A DNA stretch of 59,601 bases, the filler included, from Callorhinchus milii (Eukaryota): NCBI RefSeq assembly GCF_018977255.1. It is 2 parts of 2 records of this genome, joined end to end, with 100 filler letters (N's around TTAATTAATTAA, not from the genome) between each part and the next. Parts side by side here need not be neighbours in the genome. Positions count along the whole stretch, not along the records: positions 1 to 29,826 come from NW_024705643.1; 1 more part is not named here. One strand, written 5' to 3'. The notes under the pieces are model-generated. The model worked only from the letters and a program-made list of their open reading frames with translations. It did no database searches and was not told the origin of the DNA. Shown one piece after another: positions 12,558-24,870 of this stretch (positions are counted from its first letter, which is position 1; each line of letters opens with the position of its first letter). The translations under genes and the position numbers were made by a program.

Positions 12558-12851
12558 TCACACAGCGATGCTAAACTGTTGGCTTTGGAGGTTTTGTGCG
12601 GTCCCCATCTGGTGAGATAATAGGTTGTGACTGTGGTACGTTGGGTTCTGTGGAGGAAAGGAAGCCGTTGGTGGCGGTTGGGATTGAAGGAAGAAGGCGT
12701 TGAAGGAAGCCCAGTCACCCAGCGACATGTCCAAAGCCTCTCGGATCTCGTTTGTTTTAGAATAAACCAAAGCGTTTCCATTCAGATTGTTCAGCCTGAT
12801 CTTTGACTTGTACAATTCCAGTTTCTCCGGATTCAGATCAATGTCCTTCAT
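12558..12851 (-). CDS. NKPD1: NKPD1-like paralogue B, last exon
   Basis: tttgcag|ATG AAG GAC; ...NNLNGNALVYSKTNEIREALDMSLGDWASFNAFFL...*. Confidence 0.88.
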   Translation of the reverse strand: MKDIDLNPEKLELYKSKIRLNNLNGNALVYSKTNEIREALDMSLGDWASFNAFFLQSQPPPTASFPPQNPTYHSHNLLSHQMGTAQNLQSQQFSIAV

Positions 12852-12894
12852 CTGCAAACGAATCATAGAATAGAATCTTTGGAAGAGCCACTTT

Positions 12895-13205
12895 GTGGAG
12901 TCCTGTAGCTCAGTGGTTTGCAAGTGAGAGACCTGAGTTCAATCCCGGCAGAGGGCAAAACCTTGGGCAAGTTTCCTTACTCCACACAGAGCCTAATAAT
13001 AATCCCTCCAAAAACAAAAACAATAATAAATTAGTCATTTCCAATCCACGACTGTTTGTGGGACATTGCTGTGCGCAATCGGCTGCCGCGTTCGCCCACA
13101 AATATACAGTCAATTCACTTTACAGTGTGTTCTGTGAAGCGCTTTGGGACGTCCTCCCGACGTGAAAAGCGCTATATCAAATGCGAGGATTATTATTATT
13201 ATTAA
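12895..13205 (+). mobile_element. tRNA-derived SINE (abundant family in segment 1)
   Basis: Head GTAGCTCAGTGG...GTTCAATCCC, body CACGACTGTTTGTGGGAC...ATCGGCTGCCGCGTT, tail GTGAAGCGCTTTG...GCTATATCAAATGC(TAT)n. Confidence 0.8.
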
Positions 13206-13867
13206 CTAGTCCCCCCTCCCCTGCTCTAACCCCAACTAGTCCCACTCTCTTACCCCAACTAGTCCCGTCTTACCCAAACTATTACCCACTCCCCGCTCTT
13301 TTCCAAATCTTTGCGTGTGAGGCGAGGGCTCTGACCACTGAGCTACAGGACTTGTGCAGGTGGAGGTAGGAGATTGGAGAGATAAGTGGGTGCCAAGGAA
13401 TGGGATGGATTTGCAGATGAAATGCATCTGTCGTGAGATATCGATCTGATGTGTGTTTGTTGTGGGCGGCAGAGCTTTTGATGAGTTGCAGCGCCGTATC
13501 ACGTTGAGACATCTCAAAAGCGCTTCACAGGATGCACTGTAAAGTGTAGCGACTGTCCATTTTTTGTGGGCAAACAGCAGTGTCCCACAAACAGTCATGG
13601 AGTGAGTGAACAATTTTCCGGGGATTGTAATCCCTTCAAAAATAAAATTATTATTTGGTCACTCAACCCACGACTGTTTGTGGCGACGTCGCTGGGCGCA
13701 GTTGGCTGCCGCGTTTCGCCCACGAAACACACAGTCACTACACTTTACAGTGCTTCCTGTGAAGCGTTTTGAGACGTCTCGAAGACGTGATGAGGCGCGG
13801 GGATTATTATGATGGTTATCATGGTTAAACCAGTCGCTTTGGTGAAAGTTGTGAGGTGCTCACTCAC

Positions 13868-15582
13868 CAATTTACAGACGTCGTCCACGCTGAGATCGAG
13901 CACTTGCGGTAAATTCTGGGGCTTGACAACGGTGGGCTTTTTCGGAGCCTTAATGGATTGGTTTCCACGCAGCAATTCCATCTTCCTCTTCAAGGAAAGG
14001 TCCAGGTTGATGGTGTAAGGCAGAAGGTGGTTGGCGTCCCGAATCGTGAACTTATAGCTGGTCGCGAGAAGTTTCTGAAAGAGTTCTGGATCCCCATCGA
14101 GCTCCAACAACTTGCTGATGTCGGCGTTTATGCGACTGAGCTCATCGTGTGAGTTGTCGTAAAGGCTCCACAGCAGAATCGTTTCATCAATATTCCCCTC
14201 TTTGTTTATGTCCATCTTTTGCTGTCTATCTTCCAAACACTGCCAAATCCAACTGAGACGGCAGGGCCAGTGACTGGCGAGAATAACCCAGGCGGCCACC
14301 TTGTCGGGAGTAACTTCCTTCACCTCGAACCCCATGGTGAACATGAGTCTCATCATGATAGGAATGGTGTTGACGATGCGGCTCATTTGGAGGTAATTCT
14401 CCTCGATCAACTCGTGAAGGTCCTTGTTCTGAACCAGGAGTTGAAACGTCAGTTTGGTGAGAGCTGTCGGGCTGATTCTGGGCTCTTCCGCGACGACGTT
14501 AACCAGAGGCGTGCTCTCTTCGGTCGTCCCCTTCCTCCCGGCGGCCATCTTTCCCGAGTGCGCGGAGGACGTCTCCTCTAGGAGGTCGCTCTTCCTGTCG
14601 ATGATCTGCTGGAGGGTGCTGAGCTTTGTCTGGGTGTCCATTTTCGGCACGGAAAACGGGAGCGTAACAGTTCTGCTCAGGTACTTGTAGCCGTTATCCG
14701 CCACGCCTTTGAGAGTGCTGGAATTCTCGACGCAGGTCGCGATGATGCTGGGATCGACGGCGAGGATGGAGATGAAGGGGGCTTCGGGGTCCGAGAGGAG
14801 GATGTTCATCGCGTCCAGCACGCCCACCACCTTGTCCGGGGTGCACCTGTCTAGGTTCACGATCTTCAGGATGATGCGTATCTTCCTGCGTTCGAAGATT
14901 TCCATGTATCGGATGAAGTTGGTGAGGACTTTGACCTCGTTCTTCACGTCGCTCATGAAGCCCAACTGGGCGCTGTAGTTGGTCTTGTTCATGAGGCTGT
15001 TGACGGTGTCCTTCTGGCTCACCATCACGTTCTTGGCAACCATGAAGGAGTTCTTGAACGCAAACAAGGCAGAGAATCCCACCAGGCCAACGCCAAAAGT
15101 CTCTGCCGCCACCACCTTCGTATCGCCGTGATCGCCCACGGGGAAGCCGTACATGATCACGATGACCGTCAGCACCACACCGAGAGCCAGCAGCAGGAAG
15201 GAGAGCACCCAAAGGTGAATTTTGAGGATCCTCTTGCTAACCCATTCCTGGTCCAGGACGCTGTGCTGGATGGTGGTCTCGTGGCTCAGAGCCCGAACGA
15301 TGCCAGTGGGCAGGTTTCCGAACTTATTCCTGATGTTCTCGCACAGAGTGGTGATGAGGCCGGCCCAGATCTTGTCGCTGCCCGCAAACTCCCAGGCACT
15401 GAACTGCACGAAGATGAACCGTACATTTTTGCGTCGTTGGTGGCGTTCGGTCAGTTGAGGCTGAAGGAACACCAAATACCACAACAGGGTGATGAACCCC
15501 AGGCCAGTGGACGACCTGAGCTTCTCCTGGGTCCTCTTGGACTCCTTTTCCTCCCTCGCCGCCGACTCCTCCAACATGTAAC
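13868..15582 (-). CDS. NKPD1: NKPD1-like paralogue B, large exon (KAP NTPase with two TM helices)
   Basis: FVQFSAWEFAGSDKIWAGLITTLCE, LGFMSDVKNEV, NLDRCTPDKVVGVLD, YLSRTVTLPF, WVILASHWPCRLSW. Sites ctctgcag| and TTG|gtgagt; 1715 nt. Confidence 0.94.
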
Positions 15583-15639
15583 CTGCAGAGAGGGCGAAAG
15601 GAACTATGAATGGTAGGAATAATAATCCTTAAACTTGAT

Positions 15640-16110
15640 GTATAGCTCAGGGGTTAGAGCCCTCGCCTCGATAACCAGGACCAGGGTTCGATTCCCGGGC
15701 GGGTCAGGTCAGGGAGAAATGTTGGGCAAGTTTCCTTACTCCCCCCCCACACCCCCATCCGCGCCCACACACACACACACGCACCCACACACGCACACGC
15801 ACCCACACCCGGACACACGCACACACACACCTTTGGTTACCGGCCGTCAGTAGGAACCCGCTTGTCACTCGATTGGGGGAATCGCTTTCCGGGGGATAAT
15901 AACCCCTCCAAAAAATAATAATAATTTGGCCGGCTGTTTGTGGGGACGTCGCCGGGCGCGATCGGCTGCCGCGTTTCGCCCCCAAAAACACACAGTCACT
16001 GCACTCGACAGTGTATCCCGTGAAAGAAGGGCTTTGAGACGTCTCGATGACGCGATGAGGCCCAGTATCAAATGCGAAGATGATTATTATTACGGTTATT
16101 ATTAGTAGTA
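15640..16110 (+). mobile_element. Full-length tRNA-derived SINE
   Basis: A box TAGCTCAGGGG, B box GGTTCGATTCC, CA-rich linker, conserved body and (TAT)n tail. Other copies at ~276-435, 1310-1545, 6920-7385, 7805-8075, 8440-8770, 20165-20520, 25075-25520, 26322-26660, 27990-28300. Confidence 0.85.
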
Positions 16111-16149
16111 TTATTGCCGTCACCTGGTGCTGAACCACAGCTCACGTAC

Positions 16150-16278
16150 CTTGTATCTTGCGCAGGAGGCAATTGATTTGGGAACCCCAAGGGGCATATA
16201 ATCCAACTGTGGCCGGAGTCTTAATATAGCAGAGAGCTCGTCCGAGGCAGGAGGCGTAGGCGTCATACTTTGTCTGAT
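16150..16278 (-). CDS. NKPD1: NKPD1-like paralogue B, Walker-A-position exon
   Basis: Hand-translated (D)QTKYDAYASCLGRALCYIKTPATVGLYAPWGSQINCLLRKIQ. Sites ttgcag| and AAG|gtacgt; 129 nt. Confidence 0.9.
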
Positions 16279-17062
16279 CTGCAATCCATCCAGTGGGATA
16301 TTACTCATCAATCACTCATCAATATCCCTCTGAATATCACTCACACCACAACCACCATCACCAACTCCACCATCACCCCAACCTCCCCCTCCTCCACCAC
16401 CACCACCACCGCCACCGCCGCCACGAGGCAGGCTCGAGGGGCTGAACGGCCCACTCCTGCTCCTATTTCTTACGTTCCTATGCAAATACAATACGAAACA
16501 ACGTTAAGGCCTTAGAGCAGATGGAATTCTTATCCTTTCCTACGAACACTTCAATTTGGGCATTCGGCCGGTGTTTATATTTCTGAAGAAACGTGGCTTT
16601 GCGATCCCATGATAAACCTTTCTATTCCTCTGTCTCCCTTCCCCGCCTTGATCCTCGCGCCTCCATCTATCTGGCCCTTTGCGGTCAGTCCCTTGATTAG
16701 TTGCTTTTCCCCCAAAATACCTTCCTTATCTTATCTGCAGCTTCCCGGTAAGTGTATCTGCTTCCTGTGTCTGTTATTCTCTTTTATTTTTATTTGTGTG
16801 CCAGGTAAGGACCTGTTTTATTCACGTAAGCCCTTGCATTTCACGGAGCGCCTTAACCCGTCTTCGAGACGACTCAAAGCGCTTCGAAGCGTTGTGACTG
16901 TGTGCTTTGTGGGCGAAACGCGGCAGCCAGTCGCGCCCAGCGACGTCCCCACAAACAGCCCCGGGTCGAAGCGACCAAATTATTATGATTTATTTTATTA
17001 ATTTCATCGTTTGGTTTGCCTTGTTTCGGAAGGGATTATTGCCCCCCAAAAGTGTGAATCAA

Positions 17063-17350
17063 CTAACTAGTCCCCACTCCCCATCTCTTACCCCAACTAG
17101 TCCCCACTCCCCATCTCTTACCCCAACTAGTCCCCACTCCCCATCTCTTACCCCATACTAGTCCCCACTCCCCATCTCTTACCCCAACTAGTCCCCACTC
17201 CCCATCTCTTACCCCAACTAGTCCCCGCTCCCCATCTCTTACCCCAACTAGTCCCCGCTCCCCATCTCTTACCCCAACTAGTCCCCGCTCCCCATCTCTT
17301 ACCCCAACTAGTCCCCGCTCCCCATCTCTTACCCCAACTAGTCCCCACTC
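17063..17350. repeat. 30-bp minisatellite (ACTAGTCCCCACTCCCCATCTCTTACCCCA)
   Basis: About 9 tandem units; reverse complement family of 495-665. Confidence 0.9.
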
Positions 17351-17483
17351 CCCGGCCTCCCAGGCCTCTCTCGTCTCTCCAAGGAATTGAAGTCCCTCGT
17401 TCCCGGTACCTTGGGATCAATTAATGTGTCGGAGGAAGATTCTATAGGCAATTGGCGGAGTAAAATACCAGAGATTTTCTCAC

Positions 17484-17505
17484 CTTGGGGCTTGAGGTCA
17501 GTCAT
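17484..17505 (-). CDS. NKPD1: NKPD1-like paralogue B, first coding exon (MTDLKPQ)
   Basis: acaaaATGACT, donor AAG|gtgaga; 22 nt, phase 1. Total CDS 2160 nt (~719 aa). Confidence 0.75.
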
Positions 17506-18109
17506 TTTGTTTCGTGTTGCTCCGTCTTGAGATAACTAACACAGACAGCAGTTACAAGACATGAGACTGAGCTTCTCAGACATCTGTCGAGTTGCATTCA
17601 ATGGCAATTATTATTATTAACGCTTATTATTATTATTATTATTAACGCATTTGCCACAGGACCCCATCACGTCGTCGAGACGTCTCAAAAAGCGCTTCGC
17701 AAAATACACTGGGCAGCGAATTGATCGTGTATTTCGTGGGAGAAACATTGGCAGCCAATTGCGCCCAGCGACGTCCCCACAACAGTCCCTGTAGCGTTGT
17801 GATTACTGCACTCGCCTCACAAGCGAGAGGACCCGGGTTCGATTCCCGGGTGCGACGAAACGTTGAGCAAGTTTCCTTACTCCGCGCGCCTCTGCTTACC
17901 AGCAGTCAGCAGGAACCCGGTTGTTAGTCAGATGGCAGATCGCTCTCTGGGGCAATAAACCTTCGAAAAAATAAATAAATGAAATATAATAAAATAATAA
18001 TTTCGTCCTTCAATCCACCGCTGTTTGTGGGACGCTGCTGAACGCAATTGGCTGCCGCGTTTCGCCCACAAAATACACAATCAATTGACTTTACAGTATA
18101 TTCTGACAT

Positions 18110-18800
18110 TTTAAACATCCGTTTGACTGGAGAGACTGGGATCGTTCTGCTTCGAGCGGAGGAGTTTGAGGGGAGATTTAATCGAGGGCTTCACAGTTAT
18201 GAGGGGGTTTGATCAGAGTAAATAAGGTAGAAACTGTTCCCTCGGGCGGGCGGGCGGGTGGGGAACCAGAGGGCATAGATAATCGGCAAAAGAACCAGAG
18301 CAGAGACCAGACGAGGAGACATTTTTTTTCCCCCAAAGGGTCTAGAACACTCGACCTGAAAGGCTGGTGGGGGCAGATTCCATAGCAAAAGGGAATTGGA
18401 TACGGACTTGAAAAGGAACAATGTACGGGGCGAAGGGGTAAGAGCGAGGGGAGTGGGGACTAGTTGGGGTAAGAGCGGGGGGAGCGGGGACTTGTTGGGG
18501 TAAGAGCGGGGGGAGCGGGGACTTGATGGGGTAAGAGGGGGGGAGTGGGGACTAGTTGGGGTAAGAGCGGGGGGAGTGGGGACTTGTTGGGGTAAGAGCG
18601 GGGGAGTGGGGACTAGTTGGGGTAAGAGCGGAGAGTGGGGACTAGTTGGAGTAAGAGCGGGGGAGTGGGGACTAGTTGGAGTAAGAGCGGGGGGAGTGGG
18701 GACGAGTTGGGGTAAGAGCGGGGGAGTGGGGACTAACTGGCAGCTCCTCCAAAGAGTCGGCACAGGTACGATGGGCCGAATGGTCCCCCTTTCCTCTCTC
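18110..18800 (+). mobile_element. CR1/HER1-like LINE 3' end with internally expanded 30-bp minisatellite
   Basis: RT C-terminal remnant (GAGGGGAGATTTAATCGAGG...AACCAGAGGGCATAGA), array 18436-18735, then tail GGCACAGGTACGATGGGCCGAATGG. Confidence 0.75.
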
Positions 18801-19184
18801 TCAATCTTACAGGGACGGCTGCGATAGGGTTTCCGAGACGAAAAGCCCCAAAGGGGGGAAAAAAAAAACCCTCCACTTAACTCCTCTCCCGGACGTTCGA
18901 TCGGACTCACCTCCAGTCACCTCCCGCGCGAGTCCCAGAGCGGTGCATGAGCCACAGAGACAGCGAGTCACCTCTCACGTCACCGCCGACGTATCACACC
19001 TCCAAATCACACTCAAAACCAATGAGTGTTGAGTTTATCTCAATGCCAAGGGCGGGTACCCTCCCCCCTCACGGCTCCCCCGCGCCCCCTCCGGGGCTGT
19101 TTGCTGATCGTTGTTCATTCCATCTCGTCTCGAGTAACAGGAGGAATTGCCGAAAAACAGGTCGAGGCTGTTCTCTCGTCCAGA

Positions 19185-19225
<41 letters not shown>

Positions 19226-19341
19226 CCTCCGCAAGGAATTGCCAGGCGTCACGGCGCAGGAATTCGCCCACTGCTCCCCCACCCGCTCGCTCTTTGTCGG
19301 GCGCCGTTCTCGCCCGCCCAACGGCACAGTCGCGCCGCTTC

Positions 19342-19470
19342 GGGTTAGGGTTAGGGTTAGAGTTAGAGTTAGAGTTAGGGTTAGGGTTAGAGTTAGAGTT
19401 AGAGTTAGGGTTAGAGTTAGAGTTAGAGTTAGAGTTAGAGTTAGAGTTAGGGTTAGAGTTAGAGTTAGAG
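19342..19470 (+). repeat. Interstitial telomere-like array (TTAGGG)/(TTAGAG)
   Basis: 21 hexamers from 19345: 6 TTAGGG and 15 TTAGAG. Confidence 0.9.
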
Positions 19471-20546
19471 TAAGTGCAGGAAGGAGGAGAGCGGAGAGAA
19501 AAGTGGGTGCCAGAGATGGACTTGCAGATAAGACGCTTCCATCGTGAGATACTGATCTGTGACACGGCAGACGCTTTGACGCGTTAATTACAGTTTAGCC
19601 GAACGGCTGCACCCAAAGCACTCAAGCAACTCACGCGAGGAACAGTCACTTCAGCCCGAGCGACGTGTTTGCGCCGTGAGGTGTTTGAGACGTCATTTAC
19701 GATCGCAATAATCATAATAATCCTTGCGTTTGACACATCAACAGCGCCTTATCTCTTTTTTGAGGTGCGCTGTGTGTCGCTGATCGTGTTATCAACAAAT
19801 AGCATTGACACAGACACACACATGTAGTCACACACAGACACACACACACACAGACACACGCACACGCCTGTGTTTCTCAGCCGCCCTTACATAACAATAA
19901 TAGGGCCAATTCATCTGCAAACATCACCGAACTGACAATTAGCCCAAAGCTGTTTCGCTCATCAAAAGAAATGTGGATTAATCACTTGTGCAAACTCGGG
20001 GTACGCGAGTGACCCGATCGATCCCATCCTCACCCGGTTCCACCCGCTCTACACTCCCACCTCACCTCTGCGACCTCCTTAATACCTGAGGACCCTTTGC
20101 TCAGCCTCCGTGTGTGTGTGTGTGCTTCACGATCCCCCCACCCCACCCTACCCCACCCAACCCTCCTGCGGCTCAGTTGTCAGAGCACTCGCCTCGCAAG
20201 CGAGAGGACCTGGGTTCGATTCCCGGGCGGGTCAGGACGAAACATTGGGCAAGTTTCCTTACACACACACACACACACACACACACACGCCTCTGTTTAC
20301 CTGGTAAGTAGGAACCCACTTGTCTGATTTTCTGGGGGGAATAATCCCTTAGAGAGTAAAAATAATAATAACAATAATCATAATTTAATATGAATCCACG
20401 ACTGTACGCAGTCGGCTGCCGCGTTTCACCCACAAATGACACAGTCACCGCCATTTACGGTGTAGCCCGTGAAGCGCTTTAAGACGTCTCGACGACACGG
20501 TAAGGCACGGCGTGGCAATGCGGGGAGTGTTGATAAAAGCAGACGT

Positions 20547-20690
20547 CGCTGGGAACACTCAGAGGGTCAGGCAGCATCTATGGAGAGACACGACCTGAAA
20601 CAATGTTAACTCACTCTCTCCGTCTCTCTCTCTCTCTCTCTCTCGCGCTCTCTCTCCATAGATGCTGCCTGACCCGCCGAGCGTTCCCAG
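20547..20690. mobile_element. Inverted pair of Penelope-like terminal fragments (fold-back)
   Basis: GCTGGGAACACTCAGAGGGTCAGGCAGCATCTATGGAGAGA faces TCTCTCCATAGATGCTGCCTGACCCGCCGAGCGTTCCCAGC. A single related arm at ~8285-8330. PLE assignment is from recalled shark repeats. Confidence 0.55.
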
Positions 20691-22746
20691 CGGCTTTTAC
20701 GGTTTTATTACGATGCAAAATCAGGAAAAATGACATTTGGGCAAAACTTTTCGGGTCAGGAGGACGTCCCAAGGCGCTGATCGATGATGATGTAGTCGGG
20801 TTTAGACATCGCTTTGTCTCGTTGATGGGAACCGGTGAAAGTGATGAAACCTAAAGCTCGAACCAAGAGTCAATTAATGTCATTGAGATCCCTGGTAAGT
20901 ATCGGTTGGTTCAGGAAACTCAGCCCTCCCCTCGGGCTATCGCCTCACAGTCCTTATTCCTCCAATTCTTGGCAACGAAGTCCGGCCCAAGAACTCGCGG
21001 CCAACCGCCGGCGAAGCCTGAAAACATGGGAACCTCCACACAGGACGAGACCTATCGGCCGCCTCTCGAGCCTGTTCCGCCGTTGTGTCAGCTCGAAAAT
21101 AATCGCCCTCGCATTTCGATACCGTCGTGACGTCTCGGGAGCGCTTCACCGTCGAGCGTAGTGACTGTGGGTTTTGTGGGCGAAACGCGGCGGCCAATTG
21201 CGGCCGACGGCATCCCCACAGACAGCCGCGGTGATCAAATTATTATTATTATTATTTTGAAGGGATTATTACCGCGCGGAAGGCGATCCCACTTGCAACT
21301 CAGGAGCGCGTGTGTGTGTGTGTGCGTGGTGTGGGGGGGGGTGGGGGGTTGTAAGGAAAGGTTTATGCCCTGACCCGACACCCGCCCGGGTCTTCTCGCG
21401 AGCGCTCTGAGCCGCCGAGCTACGGGACCCCACGAAAACGTGCCCTGAACAAAAGAAAAAAAGAGAGCGAGAGATGGCATCTACCTGCGTTCCGAACTGA
21501 CCCGATCGGCGTAAAACCCGCAAACACCCGATCGGAGCAGAGCTCTGGCGATCGGCAAAACCACGGAGAGCCCTTTTGTCGAATAATCTGGATTTATTAG
21601 AAACGAGCAATTGTCATGGTACATGAGATTTCCGTATGTACAGCGTTCTGTGCGAGACGGTGAGTGCTCCGTCGAGGCGTCTCCCACCGAACAAATGATA
21701 TTGCGGTACTTCAGACATTATTTTGGCGATATATTTCGTTACCGGGACATTTTAAGCATTCTTAAATATTAAGTACCAGTTTTATAACTGACATTCTTTG
21801 CTCCTGACCAGCCGCGCGCGTGGCCCGAGAGGTCGGTTCGATGGCCCCGAATGATCTCGGGGTCTTCCCCCCGGCGTCGCGGAGGTGGGTTCCGGTCACC
21901 TTCGGGCAGAGCCGACTCAAAGCATCGCTCGGCCCTTCCTCACCTGAATTAAAGAGGGGTCTCAGCGAGCCGCGTGTTGGCGCCCAAGATGACGGACGCA
22001 CAGAGTTGCAATCAACGCTACGACGGGGTGGGGTGGGGTGGGGGTGGGGTTGTTGGAGGGGGGTCTTTGGTGGGGTGGGGGAGGGGGAGATGTGCATAAG
22101 ATGGTTTCGTCCTCACTTTTATTGCTTGTGTTCTCGCTCTACAAATTCTACTTTTGTCGCATCTTTGTGGACGGTTGGGGGGGGGGGGGGGGGGGGGCGC
22201 GGAGGTTCCCCCTCCCACCCACCCCCAACCCCTTGCGACTTCGCTCACACCAACTCAGAAGCGCGTGTCGGACGCGCTCACCCGCGCATACACGCGTGCT
22301 CACGAGCGCTCGCTCACAAACGCGCGCGCGCTCTCGCGCGTACATATACGTCTACGTGACTCATTCGCTCACAAAAAATGCACTGACTCACACACACACA
22401 CACACACACACACGCTAACAAGCGGGTCCCTAGTTACTGCTCGCGTAAACAGAGGCGTGTGCGTATGGAGCGAGGAAACTTGGCTAAGGTTTCGCCCCGA
22501 AGGTTCATTCAGAGATACACTCGACACTCCACACTCGTGCGCTCACACTCACACACACAAACACACACTCGCGCTCGTCCCACAATGGCTTTGAACACGC
22601 AAACGTTTTTTTTCCGCGTGTGAGCCATCGCAAACTCCTTCGCGAACACAAACCATTTCCAGTGGGACTGAGTCAGGACCCCGCGGGGAAGAGATGGGCA
22701 TTAATCTCCTTCCCACGAGCTTTGCTGACTCTTTTTTTTCGCCCGG

Positions 22747-23245
22747 CCGGGTGTCTGACACACACGGAGACCCGTCACCGTGACCGGTCGGGTGTCTGAC
22801 ACACACGGAAACCCGTCACCGTGACCGACCGGGTGTCTGACACACACGGAGACCCGTCACCGTGACCGGTCGGGTGTCTGACACACACGGAGACCCGTCA
22901 CCGTGACCGGTCGGGTGTCTGACACACACGGAAACCCGTCACCGTGACCGGCGGGTGTCTGACACACACGGAGACCCGTCACCGTGACCGGTCGGGTGTC
23001 TGACACACACGGAAACCCGTCACCGTGACCGGTCGGGTGTCTGACACACACGGAAACCCGTCACTGTGGCTTAAGAGTCTCCAAACCCGACTGAGAATTC
23101 CCCACATTCCCTCCACACCCGGGAACCCCAGAGAGAGAGTGTCGGGATGGGATGCGCTCTCTCTCTCTCCCTGGAGGGACGCCCCCTGGTTTAGTGTGGG
23201 GGAACCCAGAGTGTGCGTAGGGGGAACTGTTGGGGTCTAACCAAC
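22747..23245. repeat. Second copy (inverted) of the palindromic-minisatellite element
   Basis: Array 22747-23064 plus flank homologous to 4410-4623. Confidence 0.85.
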
Positions 23246-24306
23246 TAAACCCACACACAGCTCAGCCATCGAGAGAGAGAGAGAGAGCGAGCGCTGTCCG
23301 GCCGAGCTTTCCCGCTGCGTGTCCCGCTCGGACCCCCCTCCCCGTCAGTTAGTTGGGGCTTTGGCTGAGGGGGAAGATTCCCTGTCCCCAGTGACTGGTC
23401 GGCCCTTCCAGGTCCTGTTGATGGGCCGGGCCGGGCCGGGATGGGATGGGATGGGATGGGGATGGGCCGGGATGGGACGGGATGGGATGGGACGGGTTGT
23501 CGGTGAATTTTTTGACCTCCGCTCATGTCCGGATGTGATTATTTGCCGACATTTGGCTCTAAACTGTAATCCAACAGGTTATGGCTTTAAGCGTTGTTGA
23601 GAAGATGGCGAACAGTTCCTCTTCACTGACCCTCTCCCAGTAACGCAGTGCAAAAATCATCGCAGCCTTTTACACGCGTAAAGCTTCCGACATAATGAAA
23701 CAGCTGCGCAACGGAGCGGGATTCTGATGTGAGGTAATAATAATAACAACAACAATAATAATCCTTGCATTTGACCCGGCGCCTCGTCACGTCGTCGAGA
23801 CGTCTCGAAGCGCTTCACGGGGCAGACTGTGAAGTGGAGTGACTGTGTGTTTCGTGGGCTGCGGCCGATCGCGGCCGGCGACGTCCCCACAAACAGTCGT
23901 GGGTTGAGGGACCGAATTATTATTCTTTTTTCAAAGGGATTGTTACCCCCGGAAAGCGATCCACCCATCGACTAACAGTTTTAAAGGACAAATCTTCAAG
24001 GCCTTCCTTGTGCTATTTAACACAGGAAACGGCGGAAACTTTCCCCTGATATTTCTGATACTAACACTATTGCTGCTCATTCCAAATAACGGCTTCGTTT
24101 TGACGGGAATCGGTTGTCCGTTTATTGCTAAAACCACATCCTCCTCAAAGCTGTGGGTTCCAAACTCCCTCACAAAAGGTCCTCGGAGTATTCTCCCTTT
24201 ATTCCTGAAAATAATTCTTATCCTTTACCGGGAAATTAGCCCAAGACGGGGGTTATTTTTAGGTGTCGTGTGCGGTCAATGTGGAGTTTTGCCCAACTGT
24301 GACTTG

Positions 24307-24870
24307 AGGGCTGGGGTGATGGGGAAACGGGGTTTAGTGGGGGTGATAGGGAGCCAGTGGAGCCTGGCGAGGGCTGGGGTGATGGGGGGACGGGGGTTAG
24401 TGGGGGTGATAGGGAGCCAGTGGAGGCTGGCGAGGGCTGGGGTGATGGGGGTAAGGGGTTTAGTGGGGGTGATAGGGAGCCAGTGGGGCCTGGCGAGGGC
24501 TGGGTTGATGGGGTGATGGGGGTTAGTGGGGGTGATGCGGAGCCAGTGGGCCTGGTGAGGGCTGGGTGATGGGGGGACGGGGGTTAGTGGGGGTGATGGG
24601 GAGCCAGTGGGGCCTGGCGAGGGCTGGGTTGATGGGGTGATGGGGGTTAGTGGGGGTGATGCGGAGCCAGTGGGGCCTGGCGAGGGCTGGGGTGATGGGG
24701 GGACGGGGGTTAGTGGGGGTGATGGGGAGCCAGTGGGGTTGGCGAGGGCTGGGGTGATGGGGGGACGGGGGTTAGTGGGGGTGATGGGGAGCCAGTGGAG
24801 CTGGCGAGGGCTGGGGTGATGGGGGGACGGGGATTAGTGGGGGTGATCGGGTTGGGGTGATGGGGGGGAC
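24307..24870. repeat. G-rich ~54-63-bp minisatellite (GGGCTGGGGTGATGGGGGGACGGGGGTTAGTGGGGGTGAT...)
   Basis: Tandem degenerate units directly visible. Confidence 0.85.

Noticed and set aside
15640..15700. tRNA-like sequences with A/B boxes (many copies; also 43110-43170, 43495-43570)
   Set aside because: They lack acceptor-stem closure and continue into conserved SINE bodies; they are SINE heads, not tRNA genes.
23943..24516. Overlapping ORFs in unique sequence between NKPD1-B and SPTBN4
   Set aside because: No recognisable domain or consistent exon chain; one runs into a SINE and the other into a minisatellite.
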